Notes: generated by a model not told the origin, from the sequence alone. A stretch of DNA of 64,000 nt from Balanoglossus misakiensis (GCA_040954595.2 CM082579.2:5941625-6005624); one strand, 5' to 3'; counted from the stretch's first letter, positions 50,199 to 64,000 are shown. Made by a program: numbers and translations.

Positions 50199-53100
50199 TA
50201 AGGGTGAGGGGAATACTGCTGATGGCCGACATTTCTCTGCATGTGACAATGCTGTCCGAGACAGACTGCCAGACACACAGCCACTAATTAGGTATACTGC
50301 AGGGTCTATGTCATAAGAAGAGAGTCATCTTCTCCCAATATCATAGGCCCTAGGCATATACAGTACCTATTACAACAACAGACTGTGGCCAGACAGGTTG
50401 GCAGACTGACTGCATGACATTACTTTTTTGTGCACGTCATATTGATATCCCATCGTCTAATCAAATGGCTTGCACTAATATATTCCTAGTCTGCAGTCTT
50501 GACAAGAGAAAAAAGTGGGTTTTGCCGAAACAAATGGAGCCATGCAGACCCCATGACCAGCAGAAGAGACACCCCATAATATCAAATGAGGGGGGGGGGG
50601 GGTGACAGTGCAGATTAAGCTTAATCTAACACTAAATCAACCCTCCAAAACATAAGAATTCGGCTAGCACGACCTGCCATTATTGCAATCCCATTTAAAA
50701 CCCATCTTAAATATTACAACTTCAATAAAACTTAACTGTATGTTTTTATCGCTGGTCTGAAATTCCATATGTCATATCTGAACTGAGAAATCATGACATA
50801 TGAGCAAATTTTTTGCAAACATTATCAAGATGCTAACATCTTTTATGTAAGGTTAAATGTAAATGGAATATCATGATCATAAATTGTTATTGAAATTTGT
50901 CAGTATTTTCATGCCATATCCATATGAATCAGCCAAGTTCTTCTTTGAACCAAAATGATTTTTTTACCACCAATATACAATTCTGCCTTGCAGACTTTAC
51001 CATGTTTGGCAAATACATTGATGTAAATGTATACGCATGCATTACTGGTTCTTAGGGGAACCAAATTGAGAATGCATACCAAACGACCTCATTACTTTTC
51101 TTGAGTACGTGCATAAACACATCCATCTGAAGTTACAATGATTAAAGCTAATTCCACACTTACAGAATGACACATCCGTCCAACATTTACAAAGATTAAA
51201 TAATCTTCCACCGACGTTCCTATATCTTGCATATCCTACGTCCTGGTTTGACATTAAGAATAATTTTTGTTCTGCGGATAATAGATATATGTAAAAGACA
51301 CAAGCTTGATTGGCTTACGAGTTTGACATTATCTTGTACAATGGTGCCAGTTAAAATACCAGGATGTAAGGTCACCCAGGGGTCGTGTAGATGCAGCATT
51401 ATACCATTTTCATGAACTGTAACCATCATAACCCAGATGTCAAAGACTTTGACGTGCTCACCCGGTCGCCTTCAAACACCCAAAGGTCACTGAACTTATT
51501 AATCAAAAACGCTGGCATGTGACATTGAATTATATGACGTGATAAAACTTGTAAATAGTATCACTGCAGATACCTTGTCATATGGCAAGTATTTGGACCT
51601 ATTTAATTAGGAGGTCTATCAGTTGGAATTATCTCTTGGCCGGCCTTCAGACTCGTGAGGTCGATCATTACACGTTAAATTACATATATATGTTTTCGGG
51701 GGGGCCCAAACAGTCATTAACTTGCCGGAAGTTGCCGGCTTAGCGCTCTGAGTGATGGTGTATGCCTGGTAGACTGACAGACAGACCGTTGTGATGATGG
51801 GTGTCCAGTGCAGTGCCAGACGATATGACACATCATTGGTTGAAAGTGGTCACATGGCAAATTTGCATAACGTACTGTAGAAAGTGGAGTGTATTACATT
51901 GGTGTATGATGAAGCCCACATTCTCTAGCACTACTAACTAGATAAACTGCATATATCATCTACTGTCCGAGGCTTGACCTTCAGGGGCAGATTTTCAGAA
52001 AAATAAATAATTCTCAAAACTTTTCCATTCTTTGCTCTGATATCATGTATATGAGGAGTCTTTTTGAAAAGAAAGATGAAAACAGGTTGTTCACCATCTT
52101 GTTTTCATAAAAATCACGTCAAAGTCAAGTGTTGATCAGTCCAGCGCCGCTTGGCAGGTAACATCCGGAGCCAGTATACTTGTCACTGCATGGTGTGAGT
52201 GCATGTGTGTGTGTGTGGTTTCATTTCATGGCTGATGCACAGTGACTAGCAACCGCAGTCGGCCACTGTTGTTATCCATTTAACCCCGGCCTTGTCACAT
52301 GCTGATCCGGAAAAACATCCCAACCTTTTTTTAGAGATCACTGAATGTGTCTCATCAAAGAGATTTCTTTTACCAAAGACAGTCCAAATAAAGACAACTG
52401 ACTCCCATTGCTTTTTTCCATCCATTCAAAGGGCTGTTTGAATTCCTCCAGAAGTTGACAACTCTCTTTAGAGTGCGAGTGGAGCTGAAATTATTGATTG
52501 ACACACAACTGTTGAACTGGTCAGGGGGTTTTTTACTGTCAGGAGTATAAAGAAAATCCAAATGCTGCAATTAAATTAAATGTCAGCTAAATTTACCAAT
52601 CATACACCCTAATACCAATTGTAGGGAGCATAATTCTTTGCTCCGTACCATCAGGAATTGATAGATGTAGCACAGTGAGTTTGGCAGACTTGACGAAATT
52701 AAAAAAAAAAAAACTCGCAAATCTCATCAAGTTTGGTGGAAGTGATTTCACAGCCGTGGCCTTTGGACGTCAAAAAGGTGTCAGCAATGGTGTTCACGAG
52801 TCAACTGGGAATACGGGTGTAATCTCTCTACGCCGCCCGTAAATCTTCACCTTCCACACCAATTAAATTTCTGCGTGTTTCAGTGACATCTGAAGAAATT
52901 ATGCGCGCGGTCTGCGGCATACATGACCCTGCCATTCCACGCGCCGGCCTAGAGGTTGCCGTCACTAAACTCCGCCGGCAATCGAATATGACATATGTGG
53001 CTTGTCGGTGGCAGCGGGCGATTTTCAAATATAGACCCCGAAAGAAATTCCATCTTGAGTATATATAATAAAGCAGATGACGAAGATGCTTCCTTCGGTA

Positions 53101-56100
53101 GTTCAAGGTTCGTTGGTGAACTCGTGGCAGATGTCACAATCATTTACGCTGAATTTCAGGCAAATGGCCGCCACAAATAACCAGTAGTCAAGTGATATGC
53201 CTTTTGCTTGGTCAATGTCACGTACGTACAGTAACCCACGGTAATACCGTCTGCTCTGCACGTCAGCCCCTCTCTCTGCTGTCCATCTAGTGCGTCTGTA
53301 AATTATTCGAGGCATGCTGACGGACTGGTATGGCAATAATTCATGAAATATGGTGGCACTTTTGACAGTGACGTGTTTATTTTGTTGTAAATATTATTTC
53401 TTTGGAGGAAGCCCACTGACATTACTTGTACTGGAAGCTGAAACATGTGCTTGTTGCATGTTCATACCACTGCACATACCAGTGCATTGTATCTTCCATA
53501 ATTTTTGTAAATGACGGGCTTCTTTTTCTGGTCAACTTGTGATAGAACACCAGTGTTCCCCTTTAAACATGGATCAAACAAATACATGTATAATCAAAGA
53601 AAAAGCAATTCCTACATTGTTTTCAATAATTTCCAAGGCAAAATTCAAGCGTTCCAACTTTTTATCACATTGTGAGCTGGCCTATAAGACCGCAAAACAT
53701 CAAGTTGAAGGAAATCTTTCATGAAAGGCATTTCCTTTCCATGTTAAATTATATGTTCGGTTTCTTTCATGTTATAAACACCTTCTGAGCGAAAATAGTC
53801 TGAGTATAAACAAGCCCCAGCATTACTGGTATTTTATTGTGACGTGTATCTTATGAAATACTAATATTTGCACACACTCCAAATAAAAAAATGAGGAACA
53901 AAAAACTTTCAGGGAAAAATGCTAATTTTTGAGTTTCGGTCCATATGATATATTATGAAAAAGTTTTGGATAAGTTATGCATTTTTAATGACAGCTCAGA
54001 TGACTCTATATACAAATTACTTCAGCTGTGTCGGATGTAAACAGCTCTCAAGAATTTTAATGTGAAGTCTATAAAACAAACTGAACAAGTTCTAAAAACT
54101 TTAGGCGGTCATACAAGCAGTTGAAATTTTCTGAACAGATGTATATGCTCATTATTTCTACTTGTGTGTGTGTGGACTGTGGACTATTCTCGGTTTTTCA
54201 TATAAATGTAGCAAATTGCCACACCAGGTGCAACTGGCCAGCGAGCCCCTCCGAACTGTGGACGTTTAAGAAGCTAATAGTCCGTTGCCACTGCACAGAA
54301 GCAGTCTTGAAACAATCAAGGAAGAGCTGATCAGAAACTTATTGGTTTTGCAAAGTGCTCCCCGAAGGCCTATTATGGAGGGGGGATATTAAATAGTCCT
54401 GGAGTCTTTCACTTACACAGGCAGAGAATTGGGGTGTAGTGGTTGTATATGCATGGACAGGCAATATAAGCTGACTGTGATATAACGCTTGGTAACAAGA
54501 TACATCCAGAACACGTATACACAATTTTTGGTATTAACCACTGTTTTTTTGTCTTGGTGCATCTAACCAGGTTTGGTGATGACCAGTTACATACAGGGAC
54601 CTGAATGTTCTCCAACAGGGAACAGAACTATTTGAAAGTCCTCAAGGACACGAAAGAAATTGTCAACATTTTCCAGAGTTGTTTGACAGATTTCTTCCCC
54701 TTGTACATTGCATGATGACAGTGGGTTCTATTTCCCTTTTTCTTTTGCTGAAGCTGTTGATGTCATAGAATACATGTTAGATGCGCTGGCTCCGAGAAGA
54801 CTAACTGAGCAGGCTCTAGTGGAACAGCTGTCAGCTCCGGGGCCAATGACTGGCAACCCGACAGGCCTCTAGTATATCATGCACAAAATGCCCTATTTCT
54901 GTCATCGGAGCAAACTGGGACAGGAAATAACTGAAATACTCGGCATTGTGCCTGCTTTATCACTTCCCATGCCGGAGCAGTTAATTTAGCGGTCGTCACT
55001 CGCGGTTCCCGGCTTAGGTGGTCTCAGTGGCCTTTTAACACCCTGAAGATAAGTCGCCGTGATACTCTTCAGATGGGTGTCTATTTCTCTGCACAACACA
55101 TGATATCAGGCACTGTCTATTTAAAAAGGACCAATTTGTCTCCTATTTCTGCACAGTCATAAACATACCAAGATTATTACAGTTACATGTATCATCAAAA
55201 TTTTGTTGCATCTCTTTTTCCCTGAAAGAAAGAATACCAGCGTTGAAATTGAGTTTTGCAGGCGCCAGTGACATTGGCGCACACAGTTGCAGGAGAGAGA
55301 AAAAAAACTAGGTTCCCCCTAGTGTGATTTACTGTGTCAAGTGACTACCAGCCAGCAAAGTCAACATTCATATTTAGATGTTAATTGGGAGAGTAAATCA
55401 CACCCCCTGTTCCAGCTGATAGCTCCCACCCCTAATTGCCATATCACTTGGCCCTTCACTTGTGCAAACACACTCCCCTCCTTTGCTCATTTTCCTTTGC
55501 TTGCAGTCCAAGAAGCAAGGTCCCCATTGGGGAGAATTATTTTATTCTGCATGATATGAGAATGGGAAAATACCATCTGTATGGATAATTGAAAAATATG
55601 ACAGTCAAGGAGAATACTGGGATGGGAAAAGTTGTTTTAAGCAGTGGGGGTGACGACAGTTACTCTAATCTGTTGTTGTGGTTAGATTTTGCAGGTCCAC
55701 TGATCCATTCCAGTACAAGGAGATAGGGTTTACTAGTGTGCACTGCAAGCTTGGGATGAAACCTGCCCTGTCTAGAGTTGCTGTATGCTGCAAACGACTC
55801 ACTGTAAACAAGGCCCTTTAAAGCAAAACACTCAGAACAAAAATACTGAAAAACGGCCCAAAGTTAATACAGCTAATATGGAGCTTTAATATCACCATTC
55901 CGGAAACCCAAACTGTGCAATCAATGGAATACAGGTCCTCTGGAATCATGTTTGAGGAATTTCTCAGGGTCTTTGACTGGCATTCAATTATATCCAGTGT
56001 GCAAATGGATTATCCCATAATTCAGAACACAAGTAGTTGTCGCATTTGGGAAGACAGAATAGTTTTCAAAGAAAAAGGAATTGCTTTGGGACAAGTTTAA

Positions 56101-56721
56101 GATGTGTCCTTGCCGTTTGGTATATACTCTTAAACTTTTTATCCTGTAAATCGTGAGTGATCTCATTCGTGAACTCCAATCGGACCCCTGATTCGTGCCA
56201 GCTCAGTGAAACCTTACACAATGGGGCCAAAAAAAAAATAATGATGGACTTTTTTACGACTTTGGGGGTGATGGAGAAGAAGTAGGTTAGGGCACTAGGA
56301 TGTAACTGTGACCCGTTTTGTTTCTGTTGTTAACACTACACTTCTGAGTAACTGTGCAAGTGAGAATAAGACAAGACTAAGAGCCAATTTGTACAACTTT
56401 GACCCGTCTCATTCACCAGGCTCTCAACGTTTGTCAGACTCGTGAAAGCGTCCGTGCCGAGCAATCAATCCTTTGATCGTCGCAGCACCAGCATCCGTCT
56501 AATTAAGCCGCGCCGAACGGTTTTTTTATTTCACTTTCCATCTCTCCGTCCTGGAAGTCCCACAATGCGGTTCCATCATCCAGTGAAAGCCGGGTTGAAA
56601 AAAACTGACATTATACATTAACCCATCCTCCGTTCCCCAGGCGCAGATAAACGTCTCGAGATCATTTTTCTCCGGGTCTAATCAGCCAGGCGTTTATCAC
56701 CGCTGGAGGAAACTGGGTTAT

Positions 56722-56798
56722 GTTTTTTTTTTCTCTCTCTCTGTCTCTATCTCTCCACGCCAGGTACACACACACATACACTCTCACACACACACACA
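56722..56798 (+). repeat. Compound T-run/(CT)n/(CA)n simple repeat
   Basis: Directly visible low-complexity tract. Confidence 0.75.
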
Positions 56799-59700
56799 AG
56801 TCTCCGAAGCTCATATATTATCCAGAGTGCGCACTGTTGGCTGGCTGTACATGACTGCACACACTCAAGGGCCCGTACCGACTGGAGCCAGGCCTGTGTT
56901 GAAAACTACTTCTGTGTTACGCACACAGCCAGCCATGACCACAATGTGACACAGAGAAGAAGAAAAAAAAGCTAACTTCCTATCGCATGCCCCCGCTCTC
57001 AAATGAAACGGACACAGCTGACAGGAGACAGAAACAGCTCAGCATGTTTTTTATAGTCTACCCACAGTTGTCTGGACCTGGTCATTAATTCAACTCATGA
57101 TATTCGGCCTCTCAAGAAAAGCAATATTTAGGTTAATACAGTACTGAAAGCACTTTAAAAGTTGTTTTTTAATCAGCACTGAATTTTGATGAGCAGTTGA
57201 ACCTGCTTTGCCATGTATATGTACAGAAAGAATTTCCACCCGACAGAACTGTACCTTTACACAGAATAACAACAAAACAAACAGGGAACACCTCCTCTTT
57301 GTCACTTTTCAGTCAAACCACTGTCATTTCACTGTGTGCCTCCCAACACAATTCATCGCATCCAACTGCCTCGTCTCAAAATGCAGCCGAGTGCGGTATA
57401 TTTATTTTGTTTGGGTTTGTTTTGGTGTCCATCTAACCTCCACCCCAAAAAGTTTTGTTTTTACACAAACAAAATGATATTTGGGGTTTTAATTGTGGCT
57501 CACTGATGTGAGAAAGGAGAGGGGGAGAAAAAAAACATGCCAGATGCACCTGAAAAGGGTTGGCTGCCTTTCTTTTTTTTTTTTACCGAGGTGTCATTGA
57601 AATTTGAAGAGTGGAGGAATTTTGCCTGTGGGGACCCGGCCATTGTGACCGTCCCATTCAGAACACGGAAGCTTCTTGTCAGCTTACTTGTCAGTTCATT
57701 AGCCATGTAATATATTTGTGTGTACCCGACAACAGTGCAGATTTAGACACTGTATCTGGGCTCTAGCATCACCTCTGTGTGACTCAGTCAGAGTGTGTTT
57801 GTGTGTTTGTGGAGCATGGTGCATACATGTAGGTTAATTGTTTTCGGTGCTGTGCAGTCAAAAGAATTTTTCAGGGGGTGGATGGGGGGAGGATTGGGCA
57901 ATCTTGACTAAGATGTTTTTAGGGTTCTTCAGTAGATCCTGTTAATGCCAGGACCACTTATGCTTATTTTTCAAGGTGCCACCAACTGATTATACTTGTG
58001 GCCTTTAAGCTCCCTGCTGACTGCGGCACCTGTTTGTGTTATTTCCTTGCTCTCAAGAAATTCACTAGAGAAAGTCATGAGCACATTCGGTCGGGGACGT
58101 TTGTACGCTCTTGGTACGACAATGGTCTGCGTACAGCATTGATGAAATCTGACTGACTGCCCCCACTTGAGGTAATCTGTCAAACTAGCTGCGACTGGCT
58201 TATACTTCAAGATCTCTTCCTTGGAAATGTGCATGCTGGGAGCTTTGTTAGAAGCCATGAAAACTTCTTGGATACACAGAAGAAACCATTCTGTTGCTTT
58301 TAGGGAGAGCAAGTGATATACTGGCAGACATTTGTATTTTAAAAAAAACATTACATGTATTAACAACTTTCCATTTTATAGTGTTATTGAGAAAATGATA
58401 GCGATATTACGCATAAGACTAAATCACAAGACCAGTGACTGCTTGTAGTTGTCATAAACTGTGGAAAATTTTTTCCCACCAGTTTGAATCCTGTTTTCCC
58501 TCGGTTTAGGAATGTTTTTGTGCACTGGTAGGAAGACAGGTGTGTAGGGCAGTCTACTTTACTTCCTGAAGACAGAACAAACTCCAACAGCCAATGTGAT
58601 TCAAGGGCCCCTCAACTCACTCGACTGAAATGCTCAGGTAGTGGCTCCCAGAGCACAGGCAGTTGATCACTGACAATATTACTTTTTTGATCGAAAGTGT
58701 CACCGCTAAAAATTTCGGTTATTCTGTTTTTGAAATGTTTGCCAATGTCATGGATAGACCGGTCATTGTTTTGGCCAATTTTGGACAGACGGGGCAAGTG
58801 AATGGGTCGCCCCTTGCTGTGGGCATGCAGCGTGGTTGTAGTTGAAACAATCTCTCTGCGGTCGGCGACCTAGGGTGCCTCGAGATTGTTCACATCGCCT
58901 TTGTGGTTCACAATCAAGTATAAGTGGCCGACTCAAAAGGGAGCATTTGAGCTGATGCACAACTCAAGGAGAGTGCTTGTGCACTCAAGGTGATCCTGTC
59001 AGTCAAAAGACAACTTTCTCTGGCCAAGTTTACACGCTATCCTTTCCCTTCTTTCTCCTAAATTGCATTTTTAAACAGAATTTTTTAAATGATCGTGACA
59101 TCGTCAGGCCATAGAAAACATTTTCAATTGCCCTTTTGAAATCCAGTGAGCCAGAATTTCAAATTAAATAAATATTGGTTTTCCAGTGAGGTTCTTTTTA
59201 AACTGCGGGTGAACCTGAGCTTCAGTAAAAGAAATTGTTGCTTTTGAAAAGGGGATAATCAGGGTTCCTACACTATTAAAGATCGAAGTTTTGAAACATG
59301 GGGTGGTAGGTTATACACGACTTACCGCTAATTCAATTTGGGGCGATAAAGCAACCCCCCCCCCCCAAAAAAAAAGTGAAGTGCCTGAGTGGCCTTTTGT
59401 ATGCTAACTGGCAAATCTACACACATTTAGAAATGTTTGAATCTCCTCTCGTAATCAGTCGCAGAAATTGTGTTATTTTCCTGACAGGAATGTAAATCAA
59501 CATCTAATTTAAATAACTCATTTATTGATAAATATCAAAGCAGCTGTTAGTTAATGTTTCTTTTCTGATAGTTCTGCAAAGGCTGTAAGTTTTAATCCGG
59601 TTCACATCAGGCCAATTAATTAGATTGATCTGGTCCAAATAATAAACTGACAAATATAAACTCTTTGAGTTGTTGGGATAATTTATTGGATTAGACCTTT

Positions 59701-62485
59701 TAAGAATCAATTTACATCTGGTAGTGAAAAAGATAAACAAATAAACAAATCTCATGCAACTACCTTGTGTGACTGGATTCACTATTTGCATTTTGGAACT
59801 CAAAGACAAATTTTCGTCCTTCCAAATGTTTGTTGAAATCACAAACAAGATACTTCAAAACAGCATTTCCCACTGTACCCTGCACACACAAACCACAAAC
59901 ACTAAACTTGTCCAACGCTAAAATAACAGAAACTCTTTAGTTGAAATCACAACCGCCACAAAAAAAAGATCTGCCCCCTTGCTGGAAAATAAACTATGCA
60001 CAGGAAGCCGGGTGGCTTATGCCTGTCTAAAGAAAACAAGCACAGTTATGATTGCTAATTGAAAAGTGATATAATAGTGTTGACTTTTAGGCCAATCTGG
60101 CAGACCAAACAGAGCTGTTTGCCAGGGGGCTCACCCCTGTTTGCTCGCTCTTTGTGCGGATAAACAACAAGGGAATATACCAAAGCTGACAGCAAATGAT
60201 TGGCGATTTGATGGATTAGGCAGCTGGTTTGGCCAGAAATTCACACATTTGGTGTGCAAATGTAACAGACCTGTAACTCCACACACGGCCAGCCTTGTGG
60301 ACAATTTCATTAGATTAGGTTTCCAATGGGGAGAGGGGGAAAGAATATTTTCAGGTTCTGTACTTCGGTTTGGTTGTATCAGTTCTATTGTGTTTTGGCA
60401 GAGTTCAGCCAAATTGAACCCACCAAGTCCAGGGGAGGTGGAAGTGAGTGCTGATAGGCTTTGTTTTGAAAAATGATCCGTGATAAAAAGTCTCATAGTT
60501 TTGAGAAGACTTGGGGCTACAGTGTTCAGTTGGAAAGGAAATATTCTGTTTTTATGGCCGATAGATTGTCGCATACCCCCAGAATCACCGCATCGGAGCA
60601 AAACCACAATACAATAAAAAAAATCTGAAATGACAATCTTAAAAATAACTGACTGGCATTTATGGGTCGATGAGAAAGAAAAAAAAGTTCAGTTTGAGTG
60701 ATTATCCAGGCTTTGTAGTGGCAAAGCGATTACAGCCATGATGCCCGTGTGAGAATAAATCTTTTACTGACCTAGCAACAGAGCACAGGAAGTATGAAAA
60801 GCCTTGACACTATGTTGCATTTAAATGCAATGGGAGTCTTGTCCTTGAAGGATATGCCGCGATTTTATTGTAAAACCCTGAAAAGAACCAGCAATGACAC
60901 TTAAATTACAGGGCAGCTCGTATTAAAAGTCTGTTGAGGTGAACTTCAGTTTTTGGCCCTCGGATGAATTTCCGGACTGGTGTGGTTGTCAGTTTTCTCA
61001 CAAGCGAAATGACAACTACAGACAAATGACCTCATCAGTTCACGTTAATAGGTTTGTGACCAAGTTTTGAAGTTGACATAAACTTGGCAGTGACCTTTCG
61101 CTGATTGATTTTTTAAAAGGGCTACGGTGGAATGTACAAATAATAACTTGGGCAAAGTCATCCATGAAAGAGTCACTTAAAGGTTAAAAATAAATATAAA
61201 CAAACTCAGATTTTCCATACACATTGTTGCTTTGCATTATGGCATCGACATACAGGCATTAAAATTAGTGAGAACAGTTGCTCTGTGACTTCAGTCACTG
61301 TGTGGTGCATTATGGGAAAGTCAGCAATGTTGAGGACTGGGGTAATTGACTGCAGGCAATGTGTTACCGAATCATCGCACACATTTTCCTCTCTCTGTTC
61401 TACCAGTAAAAGGAACGTATCTCCTTGAGAACTGGGCCTCAGAGCATGATATCAGCGACTATCTAATTTCAAATCTTATTTTTTATGACACTGGCAATGT
61501 TGGCATGTTTTGTAACATCTCTGGAATTAAGACGAAGTCTTTCCTGTGAGTGGGATCCTCTTACACTGCACCGCAATAAATTTCCTCCGACTGTCACAGT
61601 TGTACTCTGAATCGGGAGAGAAATTCGCCCGTTTCCATAAAACACAATTAGCTTCAGAGTGAAATAGATACGGAGACTGGGGCAAAAAATAATCCTACAC
61701 CATCGTAAGCGACACGCACAATTGACATAGATCATATCAGATACTTGACATCTCATCACTGAGTCACATATTATCCCAGGCATTGTGTATAAAGTCGCCA
61801 AAATAAAAAAGAAAGGGGGGGGGGGGATGAGAATATTTTGAAATCACTAAACTCGAGTGAGCCTTTGACTTTGTTTTTCAGCTGAACTCTTTTTTATCAA
61901 GAATTTCACAGACTGGTATTGGCACTGCACCAGACTACTTAGAAATAGTCATTTCTATAATCGCTTGTTTTAGTGTTATCAGCCCAGAGTAGGTTGGAAT
62001 GCCGCGTAATTTCTCCCGACTAGCATGACCGTAGACTTGAAGATCTATAAATTATCTATCCATTCCCACGGTGTCCGTAAACCAACACTGAGCAAGTTTC
62101 AAGTTCGCACTTGACGTCCCCTCTGAAAATTCTTCAATTTAAAAACATATTTTTCCAATTTATTCTCGTGCAATTCTCACATTTATTTTCAGTGAATAGA
62201 TAGAAGAGAGAAGCATGTACTAGACAACAGTTGACCTTCGTGGGTATATAAGCAAGTGTTTTGCCCCCGCGATAAAAAAAAAAGAGTTGGAACCCCCATC
62301 TCGTGTTGTTTGTGTTTCAGTGAACGGGGGAACAAAAATCGTATTCTTAGCAAAGTTCAAAAGATCACGAAGATTTTCCCACAGATCAAACTGTGCAGTA
62401 GAGGGGTTCCTCCCTTTAAGCCTCGGTGTCCATGAAATCACATTATCTCCTTCACGCTCATCAGTGTATTCATTTCACCTTACAG

Positions 62486-62526
62486 GAAATGTATTATTGA
62501 CCAAGAAATGTATTATTGACCAAGAA
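62486..62526 (+). repeat. Short tandem duplication of a ~19-bp unit (gaaatgtattattgaccaa x2)
   Basis: Two adjacent exact copies. Confidence 0.8.
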
Positions 62527-64000
62527 TCCAGACACCGGCCTTGGTTGCCTGGTATTACAAAACTGGGATGCATGATAAAAAAAAAGAAAGAAATCTGGCT
62601 GGCGAGTTGCCCCAAAGACATGGATTCAAAATGAAAAGCCCAATGCTGAGCTAGCTGCCATTTATAGGGACCCTCAAAACTCTGATGTCATGAGAACTTT
62701 ATCCCACGCCAGCAGTATGGAATGAACGTCATTTTTTGTGTGGTCAGCATGTGGTGGGTGCGTTATTTGCTCACAAATATAATAACTGTCAAAAATAATC
62801 ATTCACCACCTGCACTAGACATTCTGCAAAAACACGCAAAACATTTTAGTAAATTTTTGTAGTCCAAAGTGGGTGACATGTGTTCTGTCATGCTGGTGCT
62901 AACTGTTCTTGGAAAAGAAAACTACTGATTAAAAAACCTGGTTGAAAAGTAAACAGAGTAGACAGAAATATGAAAAGTGTACAGTATATCAAGTTTTTAT
63001 GAGAGTATACATGTAGTTGTTGCTTGGGGTTTTTTTTGGTGGGGGGGGGGGGTTGATTGAATCAACATTATAGTGTTGCCGTTTTAGTGAATGTGATGTT
63101 TGATTGGCTTGCAGAACAGCAACACCCCCACAAATTGTACTGTTGTACCAGCCCCTCCCTGTGATGAAAGTGGTATAGTCTCATTTACATCCATCAGCAT
63201 TCACAAAACTGAGTGGCCGAAGCATCCTCAGTCAAGAACCTCAGTCATTACTGCAGCTGAAAATGTCGGTTGCCAAGTAAATGTGCAATGGCCGTGTTTG
63301 AACATATGGCGAAGGCAGGAGACACTTTGTTCTGCGGTCAAGATTAGGGACGGGCCAGGCAGATACGCATGACAGGGCAGTGGAGGGTCTAGAGATAACC
63401 GCGGTTATCGCTCATTCCTTCTCTTTGTCAGATCTATCTCTCTTCTCACATCTGGTTTTGGTAAACTCGCTAGTGATATTGGATAACACCCGTGATGAGG
63501 CGAAGAATTAGATAATTATTCAGCTCGCTCCTGACCGACTTAACTGTAAGGAGCCTGGTACTCTGAATTAAAAAAAAAAAACGCCAGCAAGCCGCACACT
63601 GAATGGTGAAATTCACACTCACTAAACAGTTCTCATGGAAACAAGCCCTCGTACCGCATCCACTTAAAAACAAGTCAAGTATTTTTAGAATTAAACACCT
63701 GTAGAGCATTTTTTCAAATTTCCGGTCTGTGTTTAACTTTAGGATTGCAGGCAGCAGGTTCAAACAATGCTGTTGACTTAGCATAGCCGACTCCAGCCAT
63801 CTCCAAACATAGCTTGATTATGAGCTGGTGATTTGCTATCCAGGCTCTGCAGGCTGGGCTTCTAATATTGTTTTCCTCGACTGGCATAAGAGTGGGTGCT
63901 CGCTCTTGTTTGGTTTGTGTTGACTTCTCATGGAATTAAACAAATGGATTAATATTCCTGGGTGATTAGGAGACCTGTTCATTAACTCTGTAAAAGCTTC

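Noticed and set aside
60131-60607. 158-codon minus-strand ORF, and other 100-145-codon ORFs in the desert
   Set aside because: Mostly non-ATG starts, no domain-like motifs and no splice-linked partners; compatible with chance.
19200-64000. Sprouty or FGF coding sequence within the window
   Set aside because: No long Cys-rich Sprouty-domain ORF and no recognisable FGF core exon. Short exons could have been missed by eye.
1-64000. CRISPR array, operons, tRNA/rRNA or prokaryotic defence systems
   Set aside because: The sequence is eukaryotic with spliceosomal introns. No repeat-spacer periodicity or structural RNA signature was seen.

Overview
Eukaryotic, intron-rich animal genomic DNA, AT-rich. 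It is most likely a deuterostome invertebrate (hemichordate- or amphioxus-like); this is inferred from protein similarity and repeat style. Two complete spliced genes could be assembled by hand with GT-AG introns and consistent phases. NUDT6 is on the minus strand (5 coding exons, 15110->3739, 323 aa, intact Nudix box, probable mitochondrial presequence). NDFIP is on the plus strand (7 coding exons, 15533->19177, 203 aa, PY motifs plus 3 TM segments). They sit head-to-head with start codons about 420 bp apart. The remaining ~45 kb (19.2-64 kb) has no recognisable coding exon but has patches rich in ETS, homeodomain, TCF and Fox motifs. Human NUDT6, NDFIP1 and NDFIP2 each neighbour a Sprouty paralogue (two of them also FGF1/FGF2), so this window may be an unduplicated ancestral NUDT6-NDFIP-(desert)-Sprouty regulatory block; this is inference. 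Also present: a young TTAA-flanked MITE with 234-bp inverted arms, two Harbinger-type MITEs, a (GAT)n microsatellite, and CTCF-like and RFX X-box motifs. I found no CRISPR array, no RNA gene and no clearly novel protein system.
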